From positions 96,001 through 160,000 of the forward strand of contig JAVJNR010000006.1 of assembly GCA_040217195.1 (NCBI GenBank): 64,000 bases of DNA, read 5' to 3'. Position numbers and translations under genes: made by a program. Below, piece by piece: positions 8,478 through 18,172 of the stretch; the stretch's first letter is position 1; every line of letters starts with the position of its first letter. Below the pieces are notes generated by a model. It saw only the letters and a program-made list of their open reading frames with translations, had not been told where the DNA came from and made no database searches. This stretch comes from Leptospiraceae bacterium (GTDB lineage: Bacteria > Spirochaetota > Leptospiria > Leptospirales > Leptonemataceae).

Positions 8478-9859
8478 TTTTTTAGCTCCGAAATGGCTCC
8501 AAAGAATTCTGGTAGCCGTTTTCGTGCTGTGTCTCTGGAATTCGGGTCCAGGCCAATAGATTCCAGCCAGGACTGAAATTCAGGAGCCGCTTTCAGTCCC
8601 AATAACTTGCGAATGTACATTGCATCATGGAAAGAGGTGCTCTGGTAGTTTAGCATGATATCGTCCGCCCCGGGAACTCCCATAATATAGGTAACGCCTG
8701 CAGCTCCCAGCAAAGTGAGCAATATGTCCATATCGTCCTGGTCTGCTTCTGCATGGTTGGTGTAGCAGACATCCACACCCATGGGCAGTCCCAAAAGCTT
8801 TCCGCAGAAATGATCCTCAATGCCGGCACGGATGATCTGTTTCGCATCGAATAGATACTCCGGACCGATAAAACCTACTACGGTGTTGACCAGAAGCGGA
8901 TTATAGCGTCTGGCCACAGCATAGGCTCGCACTTCCAGGGTTTGCTGGTCTATTCCGTGGTGAGCATCGGCGCTGAGAGCGCTGCCCTGGCCTGTTTCAA
9001 AGTACATAACGTTATTGCCCACGGTGCCCCGGTTCAACTCCATTGCCATTTGGTTGGCATCGTGTAGCATAGATAACTCAACTCCAAAGCTTCGGTTCAC
9101 CGCCTCTGTGCCCCCAATAGATTGAAACACAAGATCAACCGGTGCTCCTCTGGCCATTGCATCCATGGTGGATGTAACGTGAGTCAGTATACAGCTTTGA
9201 ACAGGGATCGAATAGGTTTGACGTAATTGATCCAGTAGCTCCAGTAACCTGGTTACCGTAGGCAGGTTATCAGTGGCCGGATTGATTCCAATGACTGCAT
9301 CGCCGCAACCGTACATCAATCCATCCAGGGTGCTGGCCAGAATTCCCTTTTCATTGTCAGTAGGATGGTTGGGCTGCAGGCGAACTGCAAGAGTACCTGG
9401 CTGGCCCAGCGTTGTGCGAAACGAAGTGATTACCTGGCATTTCTTGCTTACCAGAATCATGTCCTGTATTCGCATGATCTTGCTTACAGCAGCCACCATT
9501 TCCGGTGTTAGCCCGGGGCCCACCGATGCAAGATCCCGGGAAGAGGTCTTTTCCGAAAGTAGCCATTCCCGAAACTCGCCCACCGACAGATTGTGCAACG
9601 GAAGGAAAGCCTCTGGCTCATGATCTTCTAGAATTAGCTGACTGACAGAATCCTGTTCCGGAGGCAGCAAAGGCTCTTTGAGAAATTGTAGTAGGGGCAG
9701 GTCTGCCAGGATTAACTGAGCAGCCACCCTCTCTTCTGCGGTGGAAGCGGACACCCCGGCCAATTCATCGCCGGACCTCAGGGGGGTGGCCCGTGCCATC
9801 AGGGATTTCAGATCCGGGAAGGTGTAGGTCCGGTGACCCAGCCGAATAGAGCGTTGCAT
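8474..9859 (-). CDS. eutB: Ethanolamine ammonia-lyase heavy chain
   Basis: RSGDELAG, RLQPNHPTD, YFETGQGSALS, NTVVGFIGPEY, EDHFCGKLLGLPMG, MLNYQSTSFHD. Confidence 0.96.
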   Translation of the reverse strand: MQRSIRLGHRTYTFPDLKSLMARATPLRSGDELAGVSASTAEERVAAQLILADLPLLQFLKEPLLPPEQDSVSQLILEDHEPEAFLPLHNLSVGEFREWLLSEKTSSRDLASVGPGLTPEMVAAVSKIMRIQDMILVSKKCQVITSFRTTLGQPGTLAVRLQPNHPTDNEKGILASTLDGLMYGCGDAVIGINPATDNLPTVTRLLELLDQLRQTYSIPVQSCILTHVTSTMDAMARGAPVDLVFQSIGGTEAVNRSFGVELSMLHDANQMAMELNRGTVGNNVMYFETGQGSALSADAHHGIDQQTLEVRAYAVARRYNPLLVNTVVGFIGPEYLFDAKQIIRAGIEDHFCGKLLGLPMGVDVCYTNHAEADQDDMDILLTLLGAAGVTYIMGVPGADDIMLNYQSTSFHDAMYIRKLLGLKAAPEFQSWLESIGLDPNSRDTARKRLPEFFGAISELKK

Positions 9860-9869
9860 ACGAAATCTA

Positions 9870-9886
9870 AGCAAGTTCCATGCCGG
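9870..9886 (-). promoter_or_regulatory. Putative sigma54 (-24/-12) promoter of eutBC
   Basis: Minus strand reads CCGGCATGGAACTTGCT, i.e. GG-N10-GC with TTGC. Confidence 0.7.
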
Positions 9887-9974
9887 TGATTAAAGCTTTT
9901 TTCAATTTTCGCTTGTTGCCTTTTCCGTTTTTAATAACGGTTCGTTTTATGAAATCAGCGGTTCTTTTTCCAAA

Positions 9975-9995
9975 CTCTGTACCTAGGGTACAAAG
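9975..9995. promoter_or_regulatory. Putative enhancer (UAS) palindrome for eutBC
   Basis: CTCTGTACC-tag-GGTACAAAG, about 120 bp upstream of the predicted start site and separated from it by an AT-rich tract. Confidence 0.5.
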
Positions 9996-10014
9996 TCGGG
10001 CGGAAATCTCTGCG

Positions 10015-11550
10015 ATGGGTCTGCAGGGCAGACAGTCCGGGAGCAAAATTCACGGCGAATGCCAGAAATCCTGCCATTTTCCGGGAAGATTTGGCCTGAT
10101 CTTGCTTCTAATCTTATTCGCTGCTATTCTGTCCCCCTCTGGAACTCTGGTAGCGGAAACTACCATAAACTTTCACAGATTGAGCTTTCAATTACCAGGC
10201 GACTGGCAATTGCGCAATCAGGGAAAAATTCTAACCGCAAGCCGTGCCTCGCAACCCGGCACATTGATTATGATTACAGAGCCTTCCGATCTAAGGACCT
10301 GGACAATACGCGGTTTTCTGGAAAATGGAATGGTCTCAATGGAAAGGCAGGAGCAACGAAAACTGGTAAAAGCTTTTCCAGAGCAAGTAGCGGAAGGACT
10401 CACTAAACGAGGTACAGGTTTTGCTTTTCAGGGCCGGGTAACCAGGGATGCGAAGGGGGCCATACGATACGCTGCCTACTATGCTTTCGCAGCAGGAGCC
10501 AGGTTTCAAACCGTAATAATCTTCGCAGATAGCCCCACCAGGCTGGAAGGTATTATCAAGTTATTTGGACCGGCATTTGATGAGCTCAAGGTATCGTTTT
10601 CGCCCACTTCCGTGCGGCCGGCATCCGGGACCAGGCATGGTTTTTTCAACTATACATTGCAGCATCCGGCCCACTGGAAACAGGTTGAATCTCCCTATGC
10701 AAATCTTTCAGTCTATTCCCCTCGGAAGCTTCCAGGTAGCGACTATGTATTTGGTGATACGAATAACTTTGTTGTAGAATACGAGCTGCAGCCTGGAAAT
10801 CCGGTAAGCCCGGTGGCAGCACTGGCTTCCTACCTATCCAATCGCTCCACTACATACTATAAATCCTGGTCCAGCGCAGAGGATGCTCTGCGAATCACTC
10901 GAATTGATGAAATACAGCTACCGGATGGCCGTCAACTGGTGGGCCTGGCATTGGTTCAAACCAACGATGATCGCTTCTATCTGGGCGCCTGGATGATTTC
11001 AGGACCTGGTTACAGTTTGATAATCGCATCTGGCTTTAAGCTATTTCGGTACGATCTAATCAAGAGGGGCAGCACGGCTGCTATTGAGAATCGAGCATGG
11101 TATAACTTCTACGACAGTCTGCCATCCATCGCCTCCACCGTAAATTGGGACAATTCCATGATTCAGCGGTCTGAATCATCTGAGAAATTCCTGCTGGGGC
11201 AGGGTTCCCTGCGTTACCATCGGGAGGCGAATATTTCTGGATCCGGGATCTCCGTCTTTAGCAGCAATCGTGTGCAATGGGATTTTCTCAAAAATAACCG
11301 GGTGCGCTATAAGATGGATAAATTCTCCTCTTTTAATAGCTACGAATACAACCCGGCAACAAATCAGCAAGATACATCGTCCGGCTATTTGACCCGTAAG
11401 GATCAGGCCGGAGAAAACATTTTTCAAGTCTGGAAATCGAGTGCAGAGGAGTACATTATTGTTATACGTCCAGCCGGTGTGGCCACCTTTCATCGTCTGA
11501 CTACCAGCCCGTTCACTATTGATGGATTTCGCCATGGTTGCTGCCGTTAG
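10015..11550 (+). CDS. Hypothetical exported protein
   Basis: Long ORF with signal-like h-region FGLILLLILFAAILS and two PsbP/DcrB-like segments (LSFQLPGDWQ, YTLQHPAHWKQ); start uncertain because the computed 9880 start overlaps the eutB promoter. Confidence 0.65.
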   Translation: MGLQGRQSGSKIHGECQKSCHFPGRFGLILLLILFAAILSPSGTLVAETTINFHRLSFQLPGDWQLRNQGKILTASRASQPGTLIMITEPSDLRTWTIRGFLENGMVSMERQEQRKLVKAFPEQVAEGLTKRGTGFAFQGRVTRDAKGAIRYAAYYAFAAGARFQTVIIFADSPTRLEGIIKLFGPAFDELKVSFSPTSVRPASGTRHGFFNYTLQHPAHWKQVESPYANLSVYSPRKLPGSDYVFGDTNNFVVEYELQPGNPVSPVAALASYLSNRSTTYYKSWSSAEDALRITRIDEIQLPDGRQLVGLALVQTNDDRFYLGAWMISGPGYSLIIASGFKLFRYDLIKRGSTAAIENRAWYNFYDSLPSIASTVNWDNSMIQRSESSEKFLLGQGSLRYHREANISGSGISVFSSNRVQWDFLKNNRVRYKMDKFSSFNSYEYNPATNQQDTSSGYLTRKDQAGENIFQVWKSSAEEYIIVIRPAGVATFHRLTTSPFTIDGFRHGCCR

Positions 11551-11609
11551 CGTCGAGCCACGGCTTACTTGCCAGCCACCGGGCAATCTGCACAATGGTG
11601 TCCGGGATC

Positions 11610-14351
11610 ATGGAGCACAAGACCAACTGGCATACACTGCCTATAGAAGAAATCACTGATATTTATCAAGTGAACCCGGAGTCCGGGCTATCAAGCGAAG
11701 AGGCCAGTCAAAGGCTTTCCAGGGATGGTGCGAATTTACTCGAAGAAAGTAAGAGTCGTCCTCTGTGGCTCAAATTTCTGGATCAATTCAGAAGTTTCCT
11801 GACTGCTGTTCTTCTGGGGGCCGGGGCCCTGGCCTGGGCCATTGGAGATCTGAAGGATGCGGTAGTCATTCTAATAGTAGTTCTTTTCAATGCATGCCTT
11901 GGATTCTACCAGGAGCATAGAGCGGAAGCCACGCTGGCGGCCTTGAAGAATATGCTGATTCCTACGGCTCGTGTACGCCGGGACGGTAGTGTTCTGGAAA
12001 TCCAATCTAGAGATATCGTGTCCGGCGACCTGGTGCTGCTTGAAGCGGGCGAACAGGTACCTGCTGACGGTCGCATTTATCATGCATTCAATCTGGAAGT
12101 TCAGGAAGCCTCCCTGACCGGGGAATCTGTGGCAGTACCAAAAACAGAAACCAGGTTAAAGGAAGCAGACCTTTCGCTGGCTGAACGAAGTAACATGCTC
12201 TTTATGAATACAATGCTGAGCAAAGGCAGAGCGGAGATGCTTGTAGTGGGTACCGGCATGGACACAGAAATGGGACGCATTGCCGGTATGCTCTCCGAAC
12301 AGGCCAGGAGCGAAACTCCATTACAGAGACAACTGGATGCCCTGGGTAAGCGTCTGGCCCTTATCGCAGGAATTGTTGTTCTGGGGATATTTGGAATTAC
12401 TCTCTGGCAGGGCGCTCCCTGGGATCAGGCAGCCATGACATCGGTGGCTCTGGCCGTTGCTTCTGTGCCCGAGGGTTTGCCTGCAGTGGTTACTGTTACT
12501 CTGGCCATTGGAATGTGGAGGATGGCCAGGAAAAAGGCAATTCTCAAGAATCTTTCGTCCGTTGAAACCCTGGGATCCACCAATGTAATCTGCACTGACA
12601 AAACCGGTACCTTAACTTTAAATGAAATGACTGCCCGTGCAGGATGGTACTGTGGAGAGCTCTTTCGAGTGACCGGGCAGGGCTATGGCCCCGAAGGTTC
12701 TATTTCGCGATCCAATCTGAAACCGTTACTTCTTCCTATTGCGCTTTGTAACGATGCGCGGATTCAGGAAGATCAGCTAATAGGAGATCCAACGGAAGGT
12801 GGGCTGTACGCTCTTGCCCAAAAAGGAGGGGTGGACCCTCTGGAAGCGATGGAGCGGCATCCAAGAGTTGGGGAGATACCTTTCGATTCTGAAAATAAGT
12901 ACATGGCCACCTTTCATCGGGAAAATGGATTCATGATGATGTACATAAAGGGCGCTCCCGACGTATTGCTTGCAAAATGCTCCAGAATAATTCAGGAAAG
13001 GGAACCCGGCCAATCCCGTGATTCTGGCCAGGATGATACTGACATTCAAGAAGTGACATTGAGCGATGCTCATCGCGAAGCGATTCTAAAGGCTAACGAT
13101 GAAATGGCTTCGGAAGCGTTAAGGATTATTGCTGTGGCCAGTCGGCAAATTCCTGCTCATGAGTATGATCAGAAAGGACCGGACAGCTTTCAAGAGGACT
13201 GGACTTTCCTGGGTCTTGTGGGGCTGATGGATCCTCCCAGAAGCGAAGCGAAGGAAGCCATTCGCAATTGCAAAGATGCAGGTATTATGGTTAAGATGAT
13301 AACCGGCGACCATAGAGCAACTGCGGCGGCTATAGCTAAAGAGCTTCATCTGGATGGAGAAGTGATTACCGGAGCAGAGCTCGATGAAATGGACGATGAG
13401 CAGATGCGAATGCGAATTGATGATATTTCGGTTTTCGCTCGAGTATCTCCGGAACACAAAGTTCGTATTGTAAAGACTTTACAGAGTAATCATCATATTA
13501 CTGCCATGACGGGCGATGGAGTAAACGATGCTCCAGCGCTGAAAGCGGCCAACATTGGAGTCGCTATGGGTAATGGAACAGCCGTGACCCGGGAAGCTTC
13601 CAATCTGGTCCTAACTGATAACAATTTTGTTACCATCAAAGATGCCGTGGAGCAAGGTCGGATCATTTATGACAACATAGTTAAATTCGTAAGATTCCAG
13701 TTATCCACCAACATAGCTGCTATCCTGACCGTGCTTGGAGCTACACTTCTGGGAACTTCCATGCCCTTTACTGCTATCCAGCTACTGTGGATCAATATCA
13801 TAATGGACGGTCCACCTGCCATGACTCTGGGTGTTGAGCCAGGCGGACGCAACTTAATGAAGGAGCCGCCCCGAAAAGCAGAAGTGCCAATTCTAAATAT
13901 GAAACGATTTCTGCGTTTACTGGGATATGGCCTGATCATGATGACCGGAACCTTACTGGTTTTGCAATTTGGTCTACAGCACGGTAACCAGAAGTATGCA
14001 AGTACTCTCGCATTTACAACGTTTGTGTTATTCCAACTCTTCAATGTATTCAATGCCAGAGCAGAAAACAGAAGTGCTTTTGGCTCTAACTTCTTTCGCA
14101 ACTGGCGTTTGTGGATTGCCCTGGTTCTTGTTCTGATCCTTCAGATTATTGTAATCCATTGGCCTCTGGCCGGAGACCTGTTTTCTACTACCAGTCTTTC
14201 GTTGAAAGATTGGCTAATCGCTGCTACAGTGGCTTCCTCGGTGCTGATTTTGGATGAGGTATTTAAACTGTGTGTCAGAGTTCTGCGCTCTGCCTCCTTA
14301 ACAGCCAGAGCGAAATCCTGGCTGCAAAACTCTGCAAGGCGGCCGTTCTGA
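11610..14351 (+). CDS. Cation-transporting P-type ATPase (P2A, Ca2+-type)
   Basis: TGES, VPEGL, phosphorylation site DKTGT, KGAPD, MITGD, TGDGVNDAPALK, QLLWINIIMDGPPA. Confidence 0.95.
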   Translation: MEHKTNWHTLPIEEITDIYQVNPESGLSSEEASQRLSRDGANLLEESKSRPLWLKFLDQFRSFLTAVLLGAGALAWAIGDLKDAVVILIVVLFNACLGFYQEHRAEATLAALKNMLIPTARVRRDGSVLEIQSRDIVSGDLVLLEAGEQVPADGRIYHAFNLEVQEASLTGESVAVPKTETRLKEADLSLAERSNMLFMNTMLSKGRAEMLVVGTGMDTEMGRIAGMLSEQARSETPLQRQLDALGKRLALIAGIVVLGIFGITLWQGAPWDQAAMTSVALAVASVPEGLPAVVTVTLAIGMWRMARKKAILKNLSSVETLGSTNVICTDKTGTLTLNEMTARAGWYCGELFRVTGQGYGPEGSISRSNLKPLLLPIALCNDARIQEDQLIGDPTEGGLYALAQKGGVDPLEAMERHPRVGEIPFDSENKYMATFHRENGFMMMYIKGAPDVLLAKCSRIIQEREPGQSRDSGQDDTDIQEVTLSDAHREAILKANDEMASEALRIIAVASRQIPAHEYDQKGPDSFQEDWTFLGLVGLMDPPRSEAKEAIRNCKDAGIMVKMITGDHRATAAAIAKELHLDGEVITGAELDEMDDEQMRMRIDDISVFARVSPEHKVRIVKTLQSNHHITAMTGDGVNDAPALKAANIGVAMGNGTAVTREASNLVLTDNNFVTIKDAVEQGRIIYDNIVKFVRFQLSTNIAAILTVLGATLLGTSMPFTAIQLLWINIIMDGPPAMTLGVEPGGRNLMKEPPRKAEVPILNMKRFLRLLGYGLIMMTGTLLVLQFGLQHGNQKYASTLAFTTFVLFQLFNVFNARAENRSAFGSNFFRNWRLWIALVLVLILQIIVIHWPLAGDLFSTTSLSLKDWLIAATVASSVLILDEVFKLCVRVLRSASLTARAKSWLQNSARRPF

Positions 14352-14412
14352 GATTTATCGGAATCGAATTTGATTTCCCTTGCACCCACCGGCTGGCGCC
14401 TGGAACTAAACT

Positions 14413-15108
14413 ATGGAATCAGTGGTGGTGAACTGGAGTGGGGGGAAAGATTCATGCTTTGCCCTTTACAGGACCCTGGAAGCAGGTTGGAAGGTTGAAA
14501 GCCTCTTAACAACTTTGCAGCAAGAGACGAGCGAGCTACCCAGTCGGGTTTCGCACCATGAGGTGCCAGAAACACTTCTAGATAAACAGGCCCTGATGTT
14601 GGGGCTACAATTGCATAAAGTATTTCTTCCGGATCAGCCATCCAATGAGAAGTACGAATCAATCATGCGCGATGCGATGAATGTTTGGTCGCATAAAGGA
14701 CTGAATCGGGCTGTGTTTGGAGACATTTTCCTGGAAGATCTGAAGAAATTCAGAGAGCAGAAACTGGAAAGCATTGGATGGAAAGCTCAGTTTCCATTAT
14801 GGAAATATGACACTGCAGAGATGGCCAGAGAATTCATAGATCTTGGTTTTAGAGCAGTGATCGTAAGTGTGGATGGGCAGAAATTAGGAAGCGAATTTTG
14901 TGGCCGTATCTTTGATTCAGATTTTTTGAACGATATTCCGAAGTCCGTGGATCCCTGCGGAGAGTACGGAGAATTCCATACATTCGTATTCGATGGTCCA
15001 ATGTTTCAGCAACCTGTAGAATGGGCAAAAGGGCCGGTGTACTCCAGGACCTACAGTTATCAGGGTGCGGATCTCATTTATCATTACCAGACTTTGAAGC
15101 CTGTCTGA
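14413..15108 (+). CDS. Diphthine-ammonia ligase (Dph6/MJ0570)-like PP-loop ATP-binding protein
   Basis: WSGGKDS, VFGDIFLEDL, FPLW, DPCGEYGEFHTFVFDGP. Confidence 0.9.
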   Translation: MESVVVNWSGGKDSCFALYRTLEAGWKVESLLTTLQQETSELPSRVSHHEVPETLLDKQALMLGLQLHKVFLPDQPSNEKYESIMRDAMNVWSHKGLNRAVFGDIFLEDLKKFREQKLESIGWKAQFPLWKYDTAEMAREFIDLGFRAVIVSVDGQKLGSEFCGRIFDSDFLNDIPKSVDPCGEYGEFHTFVFDGPMFQQPVEWAKGPVYSRTYSYQGADLIYHYQTLKPV

Positions 15109-15120
15109 GGCTTTTTATTT
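15097..15120 (+). terminator. Intrinsic terminator overlapping the stop codon
   Basis: AAGCCT-gtctg-AGGCTT followed by TTTATTT. Confidence 0.6.
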
Positions 15121-15227
15121 CGGAAGCTCTTATGTCGTTTTAAGTTCAGTTCTGTCCGGCGAAAGCTATAGGAAAATCCAGAGGAATACTGGAATCAATT
15201 TATTATTTCATTGCCATCCTGGTCACG

Positions 15228-15623
15228 ATGAAACGAGATTATTCTATGAAGAGCTCTTCGGTTATACTCATAGGTTTTGTAATACTGTTTTTCACCGGGC
15301 AATGCGCCTTTATGGTAAAAGATAATCGAAGGCTAACCAATTCTCTGGATTACGTAGTTAGTCCGGAATCCACCATGGGCAAAGTGCTTCTTTCGCCTGT
15401 GTTCGTTCCTGTGGGGGCTGTAAGCCTGGCAGCGGATGCAATTGTAATTCATCCTGTGGCCGTGATTCCGGAAGCCCTGGATGATACCTACGAAACAATC
15501 TGGCAGGATCCGGAAGGAAGCATTATCTGGCAGACCTTTCTATTTGTACCCAAAGTTGTCTTTTCGCCGGTCTTCTTTAGCTTCGACTGGTTCTTTAGAT
15601 CCATTTTTGATATAGGGGCATAA
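15228..15623 (+). CDS. Hypothetical lipoprotein (paralog of the next gene)
   Basis: Signal ending FFTGQ-C; hydrophobic Pro-rich domain; start may be 15246. Confidence 0.75.
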   Translation: MKRDYSMKSSSVILIGFVILFFTGQCAFMVKDNRRLTNSLDYVVSPESTMGKVLLSPVFVPVGAVSLAADAIVIHPVAVIPEALDDTYETIWQDPEGSIIWQTFLFVPKVVFSPVFFSFDWFFRSIFDIGA

Positions 15624-15627
15624 GTCA

Positions 15628-16581
15628 GTGACAAACTCCATAAAGAATTCAGTAAGCGAAGAGTCCAGGCAACAGCCCAATCGTCGATCTTCTTCTAACA
15701 ATGCCGGAAGACTCTGGTCACTGAAAAAGTTTCTGGTATGTATTCTAATATTTAGTGTTTCTAGCTGTGCTGTGTTTGACCGTCGAAATACAATCCTGGT
15801 CAATGCGGTGGAGGAACACATGGTGCCGGAGACTCAGCCGTCCAGATTACTTCTGGCTCCCATATACATTCCGGTGGGGCTCATGGCAGGCGTCCTGGAT
15901 GCCTTTGTAGTGCATCCGGTGAGAATGATTCCGGAGGCTCTTAAAGATACGGATGATGCACTCTGGGAATTCTCGGATGAATCGGGATATGTTACTCATG
16001 CCGGTTCCATCGTGTATCGCGGAGCTTTTTCGCCTGTATTTTTTGCAGCAGTGTGGCTGGCCAGAAGTGCCTTCATTGGCCTGGATGGTGCGGAAACCGA
16101 AGCGCCGGCCGACCGACCGGGAGGCAGTTATGAGGATTTTCTGAGAACTGGTAATAAACCCGGGTTGATATACGATCTGGAAAATTGCTCTGTGGAAGCT
16201 CCGTCCACTGCATTGTTGGTTAAGACCTACCAGGCATTTTCTGCGGAGCTTTCTGATGCAGACCTGGGAGATGGCTACGGAAATCCCGGGTTTCGGGCTG
16301 TGCTCTGTTTGATGGAACGTAAGGATGAGCAGTCCTTTCAATTCTTCAAGGCGAGATTAACGGACAGTAATGACGGCCAGCTTCGCTGGATTCACAATAA
16401 TGCCATTAACTACTTTAGACTGAAGGATTCGGAGAGGGCAGCCCGGGTATTGCTGGAAGCACTGAATGTGCCCGGACATAGCCTGGAATTGAATATGAGC
16501 ATCCTTCGTGGCCTCATGTATATGCAAGATGAGGGAGCGCAGCGCCTGATCTTGCGCTCCATACAGCGCTCCGGGGGCTGA
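15628..16581 (+). CDS. Hypothetical lipoprotein with C-terminal helical domain
   Basis: Lipobox-like SVSS-C; N-terminal domain aligns by eye with 15228-15623. Confidence 0.75.
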   Translation: MTNSIKNSVSEESRQQPNRRSSSNNAGRLWSLKKFLVCILIFSVSSCAVFDRRNTILVNAVEEHMVPETQPSRLLLAPIYIPVGLMAGVLDAFVVHPVRMIPEALKDTDDALWEFSDESGYVTHAGSIVYRGAFSPVFFAAVWLARSAFIGLDGAETEAPADRPGGSYEDFLRTGNKPGLIYDLENCSVEAPSTALLVKTYQAFSAELSDADLGDGYGNPGFRAVLCLMERKDEQSFQFFKARLTDSNDGQLRWIHNNAINYFRLKDSERAARVLLEALNVPGHSLELNMSILRGLMYMQDEGAQRLILRSIQRSGG

Positions 16582-16683
16582 GGTATGGAAGGAATTACCT
16601 TGGCTGTAAACTCCAGGTCGGTTCCAGGACTACAAAAAAGGGCAGCTGGCAGGTCTGAATCCAGGAACTGGAAGAGTCGATAA

Positions 16684-17994
16684 TTGAATATGCTTCGGCC
16701 TCTGCACATTTTTCTATTCTTGCTCTGTCCGGCTATCCTTCTGGCCAATAGTCCGGATTCTGATCATACATCCGAAGCGGTCAGTGGAAAGAAGAATCGA
16801 TGGAGGGCCCTGGGGCAATCTACCCGGATCTTTTCCCCGGATGATTTCACTATTGGAGAACCAGAACAATTAACCTTTCGTCTGGAAGGTGTACGGATGG
16901 ATGCTTATTCCAGGGGATTCGCTCAGGGCGATATTGTTTACCTGGAGATTATTCGACCGCCAAATGTGCACGGATTCTACAGCTACCTATACAACAAGGA
17001 TGGTGAGGCCTTACCTCTGACCCGAACCAAATGGGGCTACAGGATCTTATTACCCATCGGCGCTCAGGATGAGCGGGAAAAGATAGAGCTGGTATGGAAG
17101 CAATCTGTATCGGATTGGTACGGCAGAGCCCGAATTGAGATCCCAATCAATGAGAAGTCATTTCCTCAGACCAGATGGTACAATCGGGTAAGTCAGCTTC
17201 TTCCAGATAGTGCTCCTCCGTTCGTCGGAGGCGAGGAACTGGAGTCTCAGTCCGACAGGAATGTCCAGGCGTCGATGGACAACTCCAGGGACGATTCTGA
17301 AGGATCCGAGACTTCGGAGGTACAGGATCTGGATGAAAATCCAGGGGAAGAGCTGGCCTCTGATTCGGATGCCAGTCCAGAAGGCCAGAAGCAAGAGCTA
17401 CTGGCTCAAAAGCAAAAAGCCCAGGAGACCAGAGAGGAACAATTGGCCCGGGAGGAGGAGAGTGAGGAGAAGCTCTCCAATTTCATGAAGAAGATTACCC
17501 TGGAAAAGAGTCTTCGCAGTCAGGTTTTCGAGCGCCAGGGGAATGATCTAATTACCAGCCGTCTTTCTCATCCCAGGGATATGCATTATATTACCAGCCA
17601 GTGCTTCACCAGCCGCCTGAAGATCTCCTACAAGTACGTGAATGGAAAGAAAGTGGAGGTTGGCCGCAGGGTAGTAATGCATAATGGTGTGGATCTCCGG
17701 GGACGCCCGGGCACTCCCATCTATGCCATTGCAGACGGTCAGGTTGTGCTCGCTCGATCCATGCATTTCGAGGGAAATTTCACAGTGATTGACCATGGAC
17801 TGGGAGTCTTTTCAGGGTACATGCATCAAAGTAATCTACGGGTTCAGGTTGGACAGTATGTCCGGGCCGGGGAACGGATAGGAGACGTTGGCAACACCGG
17901 CTATTCCACGGGACCGCATCTTCATCTGGCACTCTGGATTCGAGGCATTCCTGTGGACCCTCTCAGTCTTTATTCACTTCCTATTCGGGAGTAA
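16684..17994 (+). CDS. M23 family metallopeptidase
   Basis: HNGVD, GNFTVIDHG, YMHQS, GYSTGPHLH; signal peptide; acidic linker. Confidence 0.92.
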   Translation: MNMLRPLHIFLFLLCPAILLANSPDSDHTSEAVSGKKNRWRALGQSTRIFSPDDFTIGEPEQLTFRLEGVRMDAYSRGFAQGDIVYLEIIRPPNVHGFYSYLYNKDGEALPLTRTKWGYRILLPIGAQDEREKIELVWKQSVSDWYGRARIEIPINEKSFPQTRWYNRVSQLLPDSAPPFVGGEELESQSDRNVQASMDNSRDDSEGSETSEVQDLDENPGEELASDSDASPEGQKQELLAQKQKAQETREEQLAREEESEEKLSNFMKKITLEKSLRSQVFERQGNDLITSRLSHPRDMHYITSQCFTSRLKISYKYVNGKKVEVGRRVVMHNGVDLRGRPGTPIYAIADGQVVLARSMHFEGNFTVIDHGLGVFSGYMHQSNLRVQVGQYVRAGERIGDVGNTGYSTGPHLHLALWIRGIPVDPLSLYSLPIRE

Positions 17995-18172
17995 TTCTAA
18001 GTCGCTGGATTTCGATTCTCTCCACCTCAAAAAACCGGCAATGGTAGAGCTCCGAAACTCCTCCCTTGACCTTATTGCTACTTATGATCAATATTAAAAG
18101 AGACATAATTTTCTGCTTGCTCCCAGAAAAAACCCGGGGCAGGCTAGGCTTTTCGCCGTCTGTTTTTCGTGC

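Noticed and set aside
9880..10014. N-terminal extension of the computed 556-aa ORF
   Set aside because: It overlaps the eutB sigma54 promoter, AT-rich tract and palindrome, and would put ~70 aa before the signal h-region.
9860..10100. Cobalamin riboswitch upstream of eutB
   Set aside because: No B12-box or conserved core seen, and the predicted transcript has no leader.
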